64,000 nt of DNA from Klebsiella phage KP2025. Both the position numbers and the translations under genes were made by a program. Positions 1 to 10,227 of this stretch are shown piece after piece (positions within the stretch are counted from its first letter, which is position 1; the number at the start of each line of letters is the position of its first letter). Below the pieces are notes generated by a model. The model saw only the letters and a list, made by a program, of their open reading frames with translations, did not search any database and was not told the origin of the DNA. Location of the stretch: sequence record PP919962.1. The stretch is one strand, 5' to 3'.

Positions 1-3
1 AGA

Positions 4-33
4 TTGACAAAAGTATTAAAAGTATGGTAAAGT
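4..33 (+). promoter_or_regulatory. weak sigma70-like promoter candidate (TTGACA, 18-nt spacer, TAAAGT)
   Basis: TTGACA at 4-9, -10-like TAAAGT at 28-33, read by eye. Confidence 0.25.
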
Positions 34-39
34 ACTTTT

Positions 40-72
40 ATAGATCTGCCCTTTTCTAGGGCAGATTATCTT
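40..72 (+). terminator. stem-loop (ATCTGCCC/GGGCAGAT, 8-bp stem) followed by T-rich run; possible terminator for an upstream gene
   Basis: inverted repeat atctgccc...gggcagat then tatcttttgt. Confidence 0.35.
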
Positions 73-97
73 TTGTAAAACGACTTAGGGGAAACAA

Positions 98-1669
98 GTG
101 ACAGGAAAACGTAAATATACGAAAAAGTCGGATTACTGGAATAAAGGGCAGGTAAATAAAGCAGCCTTATCTCCAACACAATCTTTGGAGAAAGAAAAAA
201 GTCTGGTACTCTCTCCTGAAATTGGTACTATTGGCCTTAATTCAATTAAGGCTTTCACTAATTTCATGCAGCCATATGAGACTCGTTTTCCAGAAAATAT
301 CCGTACCTTCAAAGAAATGGGGGAAGACCCAGATGTAGCTACCGCGTTAGATGCTACTTACATCTTTGTAGATAGAGCATTCTTTGATTTTACTATTACA
401 AGTAATGTAAATTCAAAAAAATCAAGACAAGCTGCAAAATTTGTAGATTATTGTCTAAGAAACATGAATGGGACATTAAGACAATATGTTAGATCTTTAT
501 TAACCTATAAACAGTTTGGTTTTGCTTTTGCAGAGAAAGTTTATGAACTTGATGAAGATCCGAAAAGCCCGTATTTTGGTTATTGGCGTATTGTTAAACT
601 TGCATTCAGACCACAAGATACAATTGATCCAGTACAACCTTTCACTTATTCTGATGACGGTCGTACAATTCTTACAGTAAACCAGAATATCACCAATTCA
701 ATGCTTACCTCTGTAGGAAATATTAATCCTAATCTCATTGGACGCAAAGAAATACCTATGAGTAAGGTTCTGTATCTGGGTACAAACATTACAGAAAATA
801 CTCCATTAGGAGTTAGTCCTCTCCTGGCAGTTTACAGGTCTTGGCGTGAAAAATCTTTAATCCAAGAGTTTGAGGTTGTTGGTGTATCTAAAGACTTAGG
901 CGGTATGCCCGTTCTATTAGTTCCTAGTGATATTCTAAATAGGGCATCATTAAACCCTGAAGGTGACGAAGCACAATCTCTCAGAGTGCTACAAGCCAAT
1001 ATAGCTAACCTACACGCAGGTGAGCAATCTTATATGGTTCTCCCTTCAGATATTTATGAAAACACCTCTATGCGTCAATATGACTTGCATTTCCAGGGTG
1101 TGGAAGGTAATGGTAAACAATTTGATACACAAGCGCTAATAAAACAGCGTAAGTTAGATATTTATAATAGATTTGGTGCTAGTGTTCTTATCATGGGAGA
1201 TGGAGAGGGTGGTAGTTTTTCTCTTGCAGATAATAAACAAACACTTCTATCCCATTTTATAGAACGTGATGTAGACATTATCACAGAAGCTTTAAACACT
1301 CAAGTAATTCCCCAACTATTACGCATGAACAACATATTTTTATCTGATGAAGATATGCCTAAGTTCAAGAGTAATGATATTGGTGATCCTGATCTTGAAG
1401 TCAATGCTAAAGCTATCCAGCAACTTGTTGCAGCAGGAGCAATACCATTAACACCACAGGTGTTAAACGAATTCTTTGAGATGTGTGGCCTATCTTATCG
1501 TATTCCTGATGATATTGTGGCTGACGAGGATAAGTTCCAAGAGTTCTTGGCAACATATATGCCTGATAAAACTTCGAGAGCCGGGGATGGATTAGCCGCA
1601 GGTGCTGGAAATGGAACATCTACAACTGTATCTTCTTTAGACCCATCTGCTGCCAATTTATCAAATTAA
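98..1669 (+). CDS. portal protein (putative)
   Basis: 523-aa ORF first in head module, immediately upstream of scaffold/decoration/MCP; GTG start; size typical of portal. Confidence 0.45.
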   Translation: MTGKRKYTKKSDYWNKGQVNKAALSPTQSLEKEKSLVLSPEIGTIGLNSIKAFTNFMQPYETRFPENIRTFKEMGEDPDVATALDATYIFVDRAFFDFTITSNVNSKKSRQAAKFVDYCLRNMNGTLRQYVRSLLTYKQFGFAFAEKVYELDEDPKSPYFGYWRIVKLAFRPQDTIDPVQPFTYSDDGRTILTVNQNITNSMLTSVGNINPNLIGRKEIPMSKVLYLGTNITENTPLGVSPLLAVYRSWREKSLIQEFEVVGVSKDLGGMPVLLVPSDILNRASLNPEGDEAQSLRVLQANIANLHAGEQSYMVLPSDIYENTSMRQYDLHFQGVEGNGKQFDTQALIKQRKLDIYNRFGASVLIMGDGEGGSFSLADNKQTLLSHFIERDVDIITEALNTQVIPQLLRMNNIFLSDEDMPKFKSNDIGDPDLEVNAKAIQQLVAAGAIPLTPQVLNEFFEMCGLSYRIPDDIVADEDKFQEFLATYMPDKTSRAGDGLAAGAGNGTSTTVSSLDPSAANLSN

Positions 1670-1689
1670 AAAATTTTTTAAATTAGGTA

Positions 1690-1718
1690 TTGACAAATAA
1701 ACAAATATCCTGTAGACT
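1690..1718 (+). promoter_or_regulatory. sigma70-like promoter (TTGACA-17-TAGACT) with AT-rich upstream element
   Basis: ttgaca 1690-1695, tagact 1713-1718, preceded by aaaattttttaaatt. Confidence 0.4.
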
Positions 1719-1754
1719 AAGACTTATGGGATATTTGTTTTTATAAGGAACATT

Positions 1755-2234
1755 ATGGAACTTAATAAAGACTCTCTTTGGGAACTATTTAAAGCGTTCA
1801 GCGGAACGAAAGATACTCCCCCATCTCAACAAGATTCTACTCCAGAAGAAACACCTGCGCAAGTAATTAAACAGAATAAGTTTGATGAAGAAAAAATGCA
1901 GGTTATCGAAGTGATGTACTGTCCGCCTGAATACGATGACCTACATGGTGAACGTATGTCTGATCTTGAGATTAGAAAAATGGTTGACAACTTTAATCAA
2001 AATATTTCCAATGTCAGTGGTAATTTAGGCCACCTTAAAAATACAGATAAATTTAAACCTGTCAAAGCATGGGTTAATGAGGTGGACTGTTATATTGGAG
2101 ATGAATTTGTGGTTGAAGGTACACCACTCGTCAAAATACAATTCTACGATCCAGAACTATATCAAGCAAGAAAAGATGGTATTCTTAAAGGTTTGAGTAT
2201 TGGTGCAATGGGTAGAATAGTTAAGAAGGATTAA
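1755..2234 (+). CDS. hypothetical head morphogenesis protein
   Basis: 159-aa ORF between portal and scaffold; SD present. Confidence 0.3.
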   Translation: MELNKDSLWELFKAFSGTKDTPPSQQDSTPEETPAQVIKQNKFDEEKMQVIEVMYCPPEYDDLHGERMSDLEIRKMVDNFNQNISNVSGNLGHLKNTDKFKPVKAWVNEVDCYIGDEFVVEGTPLVKIQFYDPELYQARKDGILKGLSIGAMGRIVKKD

Positions 2235-2236
2235 AC

Positions 2237-3364
2237 GTGGCACATACATATTTAGCTGACGTAGACTTTTCGGGTAAAGCTACGGAAGACTCATGCGGAG
2301 CGCACATCGCATATACCTTCGATTTCCAAGGTGGTGCAGCTTCTGGTTTTAATACCCCTCTATTATTTAAGTCTGGTGATAAACCAGATATCAGTTTAGA
2401 AAAACTGAAAGCTCTAGAAGATATGGGCGAAGACGTTACTGAATTACGCAAATCCTATTTCGGACAGTTAATGACTCTCCTGAATGAAGCCGTTCGTGAA
2501 AAATACGAAATGGGTTGGGATTGGGTATATGTTGTTGATGCTGATTTCGATAACGGTATTGTTATTTTCTGTAGTGATTACGGAATGTTCTCTACTGATT
2601 TTACTATTAACGGACTACTTGTAGAAGTAGGTGACGTTGCAAATCCAGTAGTTCAGACAACAGATTACCAAGTAGTTGAAGGTGATGTTTTAGTATCTGT
2701 AGACTTCTTTGATAACTTAATTGATGATGCTTTAGGTAGCCTTGTTAAAGGTGCTTTAAAACATACACATGTTAAAGATTATCTGGTGAAAGCTCATTCA
2801 GCTCGCACCAATAACAACTCTGTGATTGCAGAGGATCACCCAGCAGAAGACAATAAACAATCATCTGCAAACACAAATGAACTAAATAAAGGAGATACCC
2901 CTTTGGATAATATTAACAAAGAAGAATTCCTGAAATCTGCTGAATTCCAAGATCTGATTAAAGCCCAGATTGCAGAAGCAGTAGAAAAAGCAGCCGCTGA
3001 TGCTAAAGCTCAGGCTCAGGCTGAAGCTCAGGAAGAAATTCAAAAAGCACGTGCTCAGGCTGAAGAACTATTAAAAGCAGAAGCCGCTCGTATCGAAAAT
3101 GACTACACTCTAGTTATCAAATCTTACGAATTCGTAGAAGAAGATAAAGTAGAAACTCTCGTAAAATATCTTATTGAAAATAACGAAGTTGCAGAAACTG
3201 TAGTTAAAGCTTTCAGTAAAGCTCGTGAAGAAATTGAAGCAGTTAAGAAAGAGTTTGGCAAAGAGATTGGGGTAGAAGCTTCTAATCCTGAACTGGTTGC
3301 TAAAAGTGCTTCTGAACTCATTCAGCAAAAAGCTAACCTTCTGAAACAACACGCCCAGAAATAA
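2237..3364 (+). CDS. capsid scaffolding-like protein
   Basis: 375 aa; C-terminal Ala/Gln/Glu-rich coiled coil (AQAQAEAQEEIQKARAQAEELLKAEAAR); position before decoration/MCP; GTG start. Confidence 0.4.
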   Translation: MAHTYLADVDFSGKATEDSCGAHIAYTFDFQGGAASGFNTPLLFKSGDKPDISLEKLKALEDMGEDVTELRKSYFGQLMTLLNEAVREKYEMGWDWVYVVDADFDNGIVIFCSDYGMFSTDFTINGLLVEVGDVANPVVQTTDYQVVEGDVLVSVDFFDNLIDDALGSLVKGALKHTHVKDYLVKAHSARTNNNSVIAEDHPAEDNKQSSANTNELNKGDTPLDNINKEEFLKSAEFQDLIKAQIAEAVEKAAADAKAQAQAEAQEEIQKARAQAEELLKAEAARIENDYTLVIKSYEFVEEDKVETLVKYLIENNEVAETVVKAFSKAREEIEAVKKEFGKEIGVEASNPELVAKSASELIQQKANLLKQHAQK

Positions 3365-3382
3365 TCTTAGGAGATTTAATTA

Positions 3383-3775
3383 ATGGCAACAGGAATTACA
3401 TTACAAAACTACCGCCAGGAATTCGGATTCCTAGTTCTGGGTGGTGTATTTAGCTCTGACCTTGGACATTGCGTTCGTGAAATCAACCTTGTTAAAACTG
3501 CTACCATGCGTATCGGTTCTGTACTTGGTGCAGATAACACTGAAGCTGCAAGCGCTGCTGATGCTGTAAAAGTTCTACTTTGGACTGATGCACTATTCAG
3601 TATTGATGATGTAGCAGTTGGTGAAACATTTACAGCAGTTGTTGGTGTTCGCGATCTAACTCTTAACCGTTTTGCAGTTTATTACAGCAATGGTTCTCTG
3701 ATTGACGATGCTGGTGTCGCCGCTCTCGAAACTCATGATCTGAAACTGACTGAAAAAGTCGTTTTCACTTCTTAA
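3383..3775 (+). CDS. head decoration protein (gpD-like, putative)
   Basis: 130-aa ORF directly upstream of major capsid gene, lambda D/E-like arrangement. Confidence 0.35.
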   Translation: MATGITLQNYRQEFGFLVLGGVFSSDLGHCVREINLVKTATMRIGSVLGADNTEAASAADAVKVLLWTDALFSIDDVAVGETFTAVVGVRDLTLNRFAVYYSNGSLIDDAGVAALETHDLKLTEKVVFTS

Positions 3776-3799
3776 TTATTATTATAAAGGAGATTTTAC

Positions 3800-4801
3800 A
3801 TGCCAGCTATTATTCTGGATCAGGTTGTTGACTTTAGCCCAATGATTGAGCTACAGGACTCTCCTGACACTCTTATTTCAAGTTTAGGTCTGTTCAACAC
3901 TTACTATCACCAAACTACCGCTATTGAAGTCGGTAAAGAGAAAGTGAATGACGGACTGATCCCAGCACGTGAACGTGGTGGGGAACGTAACTTCCTTACT
4001 ATGGCTCAGCCAACTGTTGAAGTATTTCGTATTCCGTTCTTCCCACTAGACAAGAACATCAAAGCACAAGACATTCAGTCCTTCCGTAGCTTCGCTATGG
4101 CTGGTATTAATGATCAACTGCGTACTGAAGCGGAAGTTGTTAACCGTTACATGACTCAAATCCTGCGTGATGTTGCTAAAACAAAAGAAACCATCTTCGC
4201 AAATGCTGTAATGGGTACTGCTTATGTCGGTACTGGTGGTAGCGTAAACTCAGCGTACAACTGGTACACCGTGTGGGGCGCAACCCAGAAAGTTGTACCG
4301 ATTGATTTCGCATCAACTACGGTCTCTCCAGCAGCAACTGTTGAAGCAGAAGCTCGTGCTTATATCATTGATACAAAGCAAGACGGTTCTACTGCAACTC
4401 GTATCGTTGCACTGTGTTCACGCGAATTCTTCGCGTCTCTGGTGAACTCTCCGTTCGTTCGTCAGGCTTATCAGTACTACCAAGGTACTCCTAACCTGCT
4501 ACGCGACCGTCTGAACGGTAATATGGACGTTCAGGTATTCGAGTGGAATGGCGTTACTTATATTGAAGATATCCACGGTAACATTCCTGCTGGTGAAGCA
4601 TATGTTCTACCAATGGGTATTGCAGATATGTTCCAAGCGCACTACGCGCCAGCAGACACTCCAGAACTAGCCAATACCACGGCTCGTGAACTGTATACCT
4701 TCATGGTGTCAGAACACCGTCAAGTTCAGCTTCAGTCTGAATTCTCACTTCTGGCTATTAACACTCGTCCAGAACTGGTTGTTCGTCTGACCACTGCTTA
4801 A
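3800..4801 (+). CDS. major capsid protein
   Basis: 333 aa, strong SD (aaggagattttacATG), followed by strong intrinsic terminator; position and size like lambda gpE-type MCP. Confidence 0.55.
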   Translation: MPAIILDQVVDFSPMIELQDSPDTLISSLGLFNTYYHQTTAIEVGKEKVNDGLIPARERGGERNFLTMAQPTVEVFRIPFFPLDKNIKAQDIQSFRSFAMAGINDQLRTEAEVVNRYMTQILRDVAKTKETIFANAVMGTAYVGTGGSVNSAYNWYTVWGATQKVVPIDFASTTVSPAATVEAEARAYIIDTKQDGSTATRIVALCSREFFASLVNSPFVRQAYQYYQGTPNLLRDRLNGNMDVQVFEWNGVTYIEDIHGNIPAGEAYVLPMGIADMFQAHYAPADTPELANTTARELYTFMVSEHRQVQLQSEFSLLAINTRPELVVRLTTA

Positions 4802-4815
4802 TCCTAACGGATGAT

Positions 4816-4848
4816 AAAAAGCCTGCCCCTTGCGGGTGGGCTTTTTTG
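4816..4848 (+). terminator. rho-independent terminator after capsid gene
   Basis: aaaaagcctgccccttgcgggtgggcttttttg: GC stem plus T6. Confidence 0.6.
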
Positions 4849-4880
4849 TTATAATAAGACTATAATACGAGGAGAACCGT

Positions 4881-5240
4881 ATGTCAAATCCAACTGTAAA
4901 AACTTATTTTAGTTACCATGAAATGGTAAAAGATTTCTCAGAACTTGCTTCTAACTTAGATTTTGAGAAAACACTAACCACTGCACCTCCTATGTCTTTT
5001 TATACTAAAGATGGTCGTGTGGCTCTAGGTGGAAACTTTATTCATTTCTTAGCTCGTCTAAGAGAAGAAACTGGATTAAAAGTAAATCCTTTCGGAAGTG
5101 AAGAACAGAGAGGCTTCTTTTTAGTAAGCTATGAAGATTATGCCCCTGTTCAGAACGAAAAACAAGAAGTTTTAGAAGTAAAAGCAGTAGATACGCCAGC
5201 GAAGAAAAGATCTCAGCGTTCCGCGCCTTCACAGAAATAA
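4881..5240 (+). CDS. hypothetical (head completion/connector region)
   Basis: 119-aa ORF with SD gaggagaaccgtATG. Confidence 0.3.
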   Translation: MSNPTVKTYFSYHEMVKDFSELASNLDFEKTLTTAPPMSFYTKDGRVALGGNFIHFLARLREETGLKVNPFGSEEQRGFFLVSYEDYAPVQNEKQEVLEVKAVDTPAKKRSQRSAPSQK

Positions 5241-5249
5241 GGAGCATCT

Positions 5250-5798
5250 ATGTTAGTAGCTGCTGATTTAGTTCCTATGATACGCATACTTGTGTTCAAT
5301 CCCTCACAAGAAGTTCTTCCTGATGAGATAGTTGAACAGATAATTCAAACATGGATTGATATTGTAGGTAATAATGATAGTAATAAGTGTGCAGTGCTAT
5401 GGAATAGTTTAATTTCCGTTCTTGAATATCTTTGGAACACTGATCTATTAAATCACAACGACCAAACTGGCGGGGCTATCTCTAGGAAAGAGAAAGTTGG
5501 TGAAATACAAGTAGAAGTAGTGTTCAGCAATGGGCAATCAGAATACCATTCACCTTGGGAGGATATCTATAACGGGTATCTGAATGGAGACATGATGATC
5601 CCTGGTTGTGCATCTGGACGAGGTGTTACAAGTAAAATTCTCGTTGGTGGTGTAGATGCCAGAGAAATCGAACGTGTAAATAGTGATCCTAATTCTGTAA
5701 ATGGCTTAGGTGGTGTTGCTAGTGTAGATAGAAACACTAGAAATATTAATTATCTAAGAAATTATGGGCCAGTGGGATTTTATAGAAGAGATAGGTAA
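5250..5798 (+). CDS. hypothetical head-tail connector protein
   Basis: 182-aa ORF, SD aaggagcatctATG, tightly packed. Confidence 0.3.
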   Translation: MLVAADLVPMIRILVFNPSQEVLPDEIVEQIIQTWIDIVGNNDSNKCAVLWNSLISVLEYLWNTDLLNHNDQTGGAISRKEKVGEIQVEVVFSNGQSEYHSPWEDIYNGYLNGDMMIPGCASGRGVTSKILVGGVDAREIERVNSDPNSVNGLGGVASVDRNTRNINYLRNYGPVGFYRRDR

Positions 5799-6286
5799 TG
5801 AAAAGTGAGATCACAAAAGGAGACGATATGTCTCTTGATGAGTATTTTAAAAAAATATTAGCTTTAGATAATATTGAGATAGATGCAGGCTATCTAACTC
5901 CAAAGAAACATCCTGAAACTGATCTCACTCTTCCTGCCATTGCAGCTATTCAGCAATTCGGTAGTGATACTAATAATACTCCAGCAAGGCCGTTTTTAAC
6001 GGACGGAGCACTACATGCAAGTAAAGAAATACCTAAGTTATGGACTACAGTGTTCAGAGATTACTTATTACACGGAAAAGGTTTGGCAGCATTTGAACCT
6101 GTAGCAAAAGCTTCCCGAGAAGGTATTGCCCAAGCAATTGCGTTACAAAGATATCGTCCACTATCTCCTGTAACTATTAAAATACGTCAAGATAAAGGTA
6201 ACTATTCTACTCACATACTTATTGATAGTGGTCACTTAATAAACGGTATTGAAACTAAAGTTACTCGTAGACGTTCTAAAAAATAA
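5798..6286 (+). CDS. hypothetical head-tail joining protein
   Basis: 162-aa ORF overlapping previous stop (ATGA). Confidence 0.3.
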   Translation: MKSEITKGDDMSLDEYFKKILALDNIEIDAGYLTPKKHPETDLTLPAIAAIQQFGSDTNNTPARPFLTDGALHASKEIPKLWTTVFRDYLLHGKGLAAFEPVAKASREGIAQAIALQRYRPLSPVTIKIRQDKGNYSTHILIDSGHLINGIETKVTRRRSKK

Positions 6287-6287
6287 C

Positions 6288-6316
6288 TTGCAATTAGTTA
6301 ATTTTTAATGTATACT
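6288..6316 (+). promoter_or_regulatory. sigma70-like promoter (TTGCAA-17-TATACT)
   Basis: ttgcaa 6288-6293, tatact 6311-6316, then SD aaaggag and ATG at 6332. Confidence 0.4.
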
Positions 6317-6331
6317 AAAAAGGAGATACAA

Positions 6332-6748
6332 ATGCTATTAGATAATTTTACTCTCCTTGATCTCACCACTTATCAAGGGCGAAGACGAACATATGTGGAA
6401 AGTTCTACATCTGTTTTTGGTAATATGGATAATTCTATCCAATATACGACATTCAACATAGAAGCAGCTAGCTTACAACCTATCTCAGGGAAAACTTTAC
6501 AGGCGCTTCCTGAAGGATATAGATCGAAAGCTCAATATAGCTTTTGGACAAAAACAGAGATACACGGAATTCAACAGGGAACAGATCAACTATCAGATCA
6601 GATTTTAATAGATGGTTTGTGGTACTCTATCTATGCTCTTAAAGATTGGACAAGAACATCGTTTTTAATTCATTGTCACTGTGTAGCTATCCTAGATGAC
6701 CAAAATAATACTTGGTCTTATGAAAAGGAAGGTGGTAACTTTGGCTAG
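6332..6748 (+). CDS. hypothetical tail/connector protein (start revised from ORF-track 6308)
   Basis: ATG 6332 has perfect SD (aaaaaggagatacaaATG); the track ATG at 6308 lies inside the -10 element. Confidence 0.3.
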   Translation: MLLDNFTLLDLTTYQGRRRTYVESSTSVFGNMDNSIQYTTFNIEAASLQPISGKTLQALPEGYRSKAQYSFWTKTEIHGIQQGTDQLSDQILIDGLWYSIYALKDWTRTSFLIHCHCVAILDDQNNTWSYEKEGGNFG

Positions 6749-7406
6749 TATCTATGAACAAATAGAAGCCTATGAAAACAATATTCTTGAAAATATTGGA
6801 GCTTTTATTCATAGACTTGTAGGCTTGCCTGTTTTTTTAATGGATAAACCATTCATAAAACCAGATGGGCCTTATTTAGCATTACGGATTGTATCATCCG
6901 ATGACTCTAATGGTTGGTCTCAAAAGTTTTCTTTTGAAAATGATATGTTTTCCTACTTAATGGATAATAAGTATGACATTGAATTACTAGCGTGTCGTGG
7001 AAGACCTGTCACATTACTAACCTATGTTCTTGCAGCCTTACGCGGGGCAGATGAACTAAAATACCAGTATCTTTATTCCAAAGGAGTTAGTTTCCTATCC
7101 GCAACAAATGTAGCTCAAGCTAATACAATTTTAGATGGGGATAAGACAGAACCTAGAGCAAGAATATTCTTGACATTTAATACAACAATGGTTATTGAAG
7201 ATTTAGCTACTACAGAAGTAGATAAGATAGATCTAACAGTTACCTCATATCGTACTAGTTATGAAGATCCTACACCTTTAAGTTTGTCCCTAGATCTAGT
7301 AAACATTTATGCAGGAGTTTTGGAATCCTCTGATGCCGTATACTCATTTGTAAATAAGGACGGACTCCCTAAAAACACATCATCTACGTGGTGGAATAAC
7401 TCTTAA
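6741..7406 (+). CDS. hypothetical protein (probable TTG start at 6741)
   Basis: track ORF 6696-7406 overlaps previous gene; TTG 6741 with SD aaggaag 8 nt upstream. Confidence 0.3.
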   Translation: MASIYEQIEAYENNILENIGAFIHRLVGLPVFLMDKPFIKPDGPYLALRIVSSDDSNGWSQKFSFENDMFSYLMDNKYDIELLACRGRPVTLLTYVLAALRGADELKYQYLYSKGVSFLSATNVAQANTILDGDKTEPRARIFLTFNTTMVIEDLATTEVDKIDLTVTSYRTSYEDPTPLSLSLDLVNIYAGVLESSDAVYSFVNKDGLPKNTSSTWWNNS

Positions 7407-7483
7407 GAGTACATCATAAGATTAAATAACCTTTATCCATGTGGATAATTTTTCTAAGACCAAAGTTTCTAACAGGAGCATAA

Positions 7484-8890
7484 ATGGCAACTTTTCGTGA
7501 TAAGGTAGTTTCCGTTACTCTAACTTACGGCGCTACTTCAATCAGTGAAACACAATTTGATATCCCTCTAATTCTTACAGGGCATAACGTCACTGATAAT
7601 CTTGTAGATTACTTTACTTCGACCGACGCATTACTAGCCGCAGGTTTTAGTACAAGTGATCCAGCCTATAAAATGGCTAAACTATTATTTGATGGTTTGT
7701 TTAAACCACAACAAGTTATGATCGGTAAACGTGAAGTAAGTACTTTTACTTTCACACCGACTGTAGTTAATGGTGCTACCTACACAGTCACTATTAAAGC
7801 AGGACAAAATTCAAAAGATTTTACTTTTGTCGCAGATGCTTCAGCTACTGCTCAAGAGATTGTAGTTGGACTGACAGACCTTATTAATGCTGATTCTACA
7901 TATAGTGGCTATTTTACTGTAGCAAATGACGGCGCAGTTATTACCTTTACTCCAGTAGTTGGTAAACTAGCAACAGTGTCTGCAAGCGGTCTAACTGGAA
8001 CAGTAGCATACGCAAATGATATCTCAGAAGATATTACCGCTATTGCAGATGCAGATAACTCCTGGTTCTGGTTACTATCGGATTCCCACGCTGATCAAGA
8101 TATCATCGACTTGGCTGGCTACGTAGAAGAACATGATAAAGTTTATTTCTTCTCTAGTTCTGATACAGCAATTACTACTAATGCGGAAGGAAACATTCTC
8201 AAACGTCTTGGAAATATGGGTTATAATAACACCAGCATGGCGTTGTGGATGACTACAGCCGATTCTGTCTTCCCAGAAGCTGCTGTGGTAGGTAGTATTT
8301 GTTCTGCTCAACCAGGTGTTACAACGTTACACGGTAAAACTCTTGTCGGTATTGAACTAGAAAAACTAAGCACTACAGCAGAAAATTATATTGTTCAGCA
8401 GAACGGGAATATTTATCGTAAAGAGCATGGAACATTGTTCTATCGCGATGGATTTATGGTTAGTGGTTTCTATGCTGACTATATTGTTCATGCACTGTGG
8501 TTCAAAGCGCGTGTAGATGAATCCCTGTTCGCCCTGTTCAAACAACAATCTATGATGGGTTCAGGTGTTCGTGCAACTTCTGCGGGTCTAGCATTGATTC
8601 GTCAAGCCGTTACGGCTAACCCAATTCAAGTAGGTATTCTGAATGGTACTATTGCTAACGAAATTGTTACTTCAGAAGAAACAGGTCAATTAGTAAGTTT
8701 AAAACCTACTGTCTATATCCCTTCTCGTGCAGATATGACTGATGCTCAAATCAATCAACGTCTGGTCGATGGAATGGTTATTGAATATGTCTACGCTGGA
8801 TTCTTCCACTATGTCAAAGTACAGGTTAATGTATTAACCAATCGTACTTCGAACAGTACTACTAGCAATAGCAGCACAACATCTTCATAA
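7484..8890 (+). CDS. tail sheath protein (putative)
   Basis: 468 aa, canonical position sheath-tube-chaperones-tape measure. Confidence 0.5.
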   Translation: MATFRDKVVSVTLTYGATSISETQFDIPLILTGHNVTDNLVDYFTSTDALLAAGFSTSDPAYKMAKLLFDGLFKPQQVMIGKREVSTFTFTPTVVNGATYTVTIKAGQNSKDFTFVADASATAQEIVVGLTDLINADSTYSGYFTVANDGAVITFTPVVGKLATVSASGLTGTVAYANDISEDITAIADADNSWFWLLSDSHADQDIIDLAGYVEEHDKVYFFSSSDTAITTNAEGNILKRLGNMGYNNTSMALWMTTADSVFPEAAVVGSICSAQPGVTTLHGKTLVGIELEKLSTTAENYIVQQNGNIYRKEHGTLFYRDGFMVSGFYADYIVHALWFKARVDESLFALFKQQSMMGSGVRATSAGLALIRQAVTANPIQVGILNGTIANEIVTSEETGQLVSLKPTVYIPSRADMTDAQINQRLVDGMVIEYVYAGFFHYVKVQVNVLTNRTSNSTTSNSSTTSS

Positions 8891-8896
8891 TTAAAA

Positions 8897-8912
8897 GCGG
8901 GGGAAACCCCGC
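8897..8912 (+). other. GC hairpin gcgggggaaaccccgc (GAAA tetraloop) after sheath gene, no T-run
   Basis: perfect 6-bp stem, read directly. Confidence 0.4.
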
Positions 8913-8938
8913 ATGACTGTAAATAAAGGAGATCCACT

Positions 8939-9418
8939 TTGGATAAAATGCTTACTGGCATATCCGCTTACGACCCTTCTCAGGTGATTCTATCCCTTGG
9001 TGGATGGGAACCGTGGGGATTTGCCGCAGATACTAAGATCGTTATTTCTAAAAGTAATGATATCATCACCCCGTATTCTGGTACTGATGGAGATGTTTCA
9101 CTAGCACTTAGTCGTAACCGTCTAGGTACTCTAACTATGTCGCTACAACGTACATCACCAGCCAACGAAGTTCTTTCTGCGTATGCACAGACTATGTATT
9201 CAACTCGCCAAGTTGCATTCTCAGTCTATCTGGAAGACCCTCGTGGGTACTATATTTCTACCATCGGATGGATTCAAAGTCAACCTGATGACACCATTGG
9301 AGAAACAATTCAAGAGAACCAGTGGGTAATTGGTCTTAAAGATGCAAGCCTGCTTCGTTCAGCAGTAGGTGCTGGAGTTAACGTACTTAACTCAATTACA
9401 GCTCTAACTATTCAGTAA
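8939..9418 (+). CDS. tail tube protein (putative)
   Basis: 159 aa after sheath; followed by terminator. Confidence 0.45.
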   Translation: MDKMLTGISAYDPSQVILSLGGWEPWGFAADTKIVISKSNDIITPYSGTDGDVSLALSRNRLGTLTMSLQRTSPANEVLSAYAQTMYSTRQVAFSVYLEDPRGYYISTIGWIQSQPDDTIGETIQENQWVIGLKDASLLRSAVGAGVNVLNSITALTIQ

Positions 9419-9423
9419 TATAA

Positions 9424-9447
9424 AGGGCAGAAATGCCCTTTTCTTTT
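9424..9447 (+). terminator. rho-independent terminator
   Basis: agggcagaaatgccct plus ttttctttt. Confidence 0.55.
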
Positions 9448-9460
9448 AAGAGAGGAAATA

Positions 9461-9940
9461 ATGGAACAAAAAGATAATACAATTCAAAAATTCGCACGTC
9501 CAGAAGTTATGGTTGATATTCCATTAGAAGAAGGACGTTTCGCAACATTTCGAATTTTAAAGTGGAATCCTACTAAAGTATTTGAAAGGATTCCTGAACT
9601 AGGTAGTGTGCTAGCTGTCCCTATGGTTATGTATGACACAGCAACTATGTCAGCAGACGAAGATTTAGAACCTCGTATTGCAATGGCCTTGATTCAACTG
9701 TTTTCTGGTCTAGAAGAAAAAAATCTAGCTAACTTTCTAAAGAAAATTCTAGATGAAGTTTACACAGAATCAGGTCATAATGTATCTGAAAACTTTGATG
9801 AATTATTTTTCGCACACCCTGAACTCGTTATTGACTTGACAGCTAAAGTTCTTGAGGTGAACTATGGCCCTTTTTTCAAACGCGGTTTCGGCAAACTGTT
9901 GACCCAATTCAAAGGAATAGAGAGCCTGGTACAGAGTTAA
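9461..9940 (+). CDS. tail assembly chaperone (putative)
   Basis: 159 aa acidic protein between tube and tape measure. Confidence 0.35.
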   Translation: MEQKDNTIQKFARPEVMVDIPLEEGRFATFRILKWNPTKVFERIPELGSVLAVPMVMYDTATMSADEDLEPRIAMALIQLFSGLEEKNLANFLKKILDEVYTESGHNVSENFDELFFAHPELVIDLTAKVLEVNYGPFFKRGFGKLLTQFKGIESLVQS

Positions 9941-9981
9941 GCCCAGCTATTGAACATGCAATACAAGTAGCATCGCAAACC

Positions 9982-10215
9982 ATGAGTTTAACATGGTATG
10001 AAATAATTCTTTGTAAGGTAGTTAAAAATACGTCAGAAACCTTATCTACATTAGATAATTACGGTGTGGATTATTTATTAAAACTATACGAATATCTATC
10101 TTTTGAAGAATATGTTGATGCTATGTACCACAAAGATGTTGATATAAAGAAAGGGCAACAAAAAACAGTACAAGAGTTAGATAAAGCTCTCAAAAAAATG
10201 ATTCCAGCAGAATAA
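9982..10215 (+). CDS. small protein upstream of tape measure (possible second chaperone)
   Basis: 77-aa ORF. Confidence 0.25.
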   Translation: MSLTWYEIILCKVVKNTSETLSTLDNYGVDYLLKLYEYLSFEEYVDAMYHKDVDIKKGQQKTVQELDKALKKMIPAE

Positions 10216-10227
10216 CGGAGAACTCCC

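Noticed and set aside
1413-1619. 68-aa antisense ORF inside portal gene, plus many similar short opposite-strand or alternate-frame ORFs (e.g. 2221-2451, 3110-3352, 8075-8311, 20728-21126, 24793-25290, 33073-33507, 48316-48783)
   Set aside because: Fully nested in longer, better-supported genes; no ribosome-binding sites; typical six-frame noise.
9461-10215. Programmed -1 frameshift (G/GT-type) between the two chaperone ORFs
   Set aside because: No slippery heptamer identified at the end of 9461-9940; the ORFs are separated by 40 nt with a stop in between.
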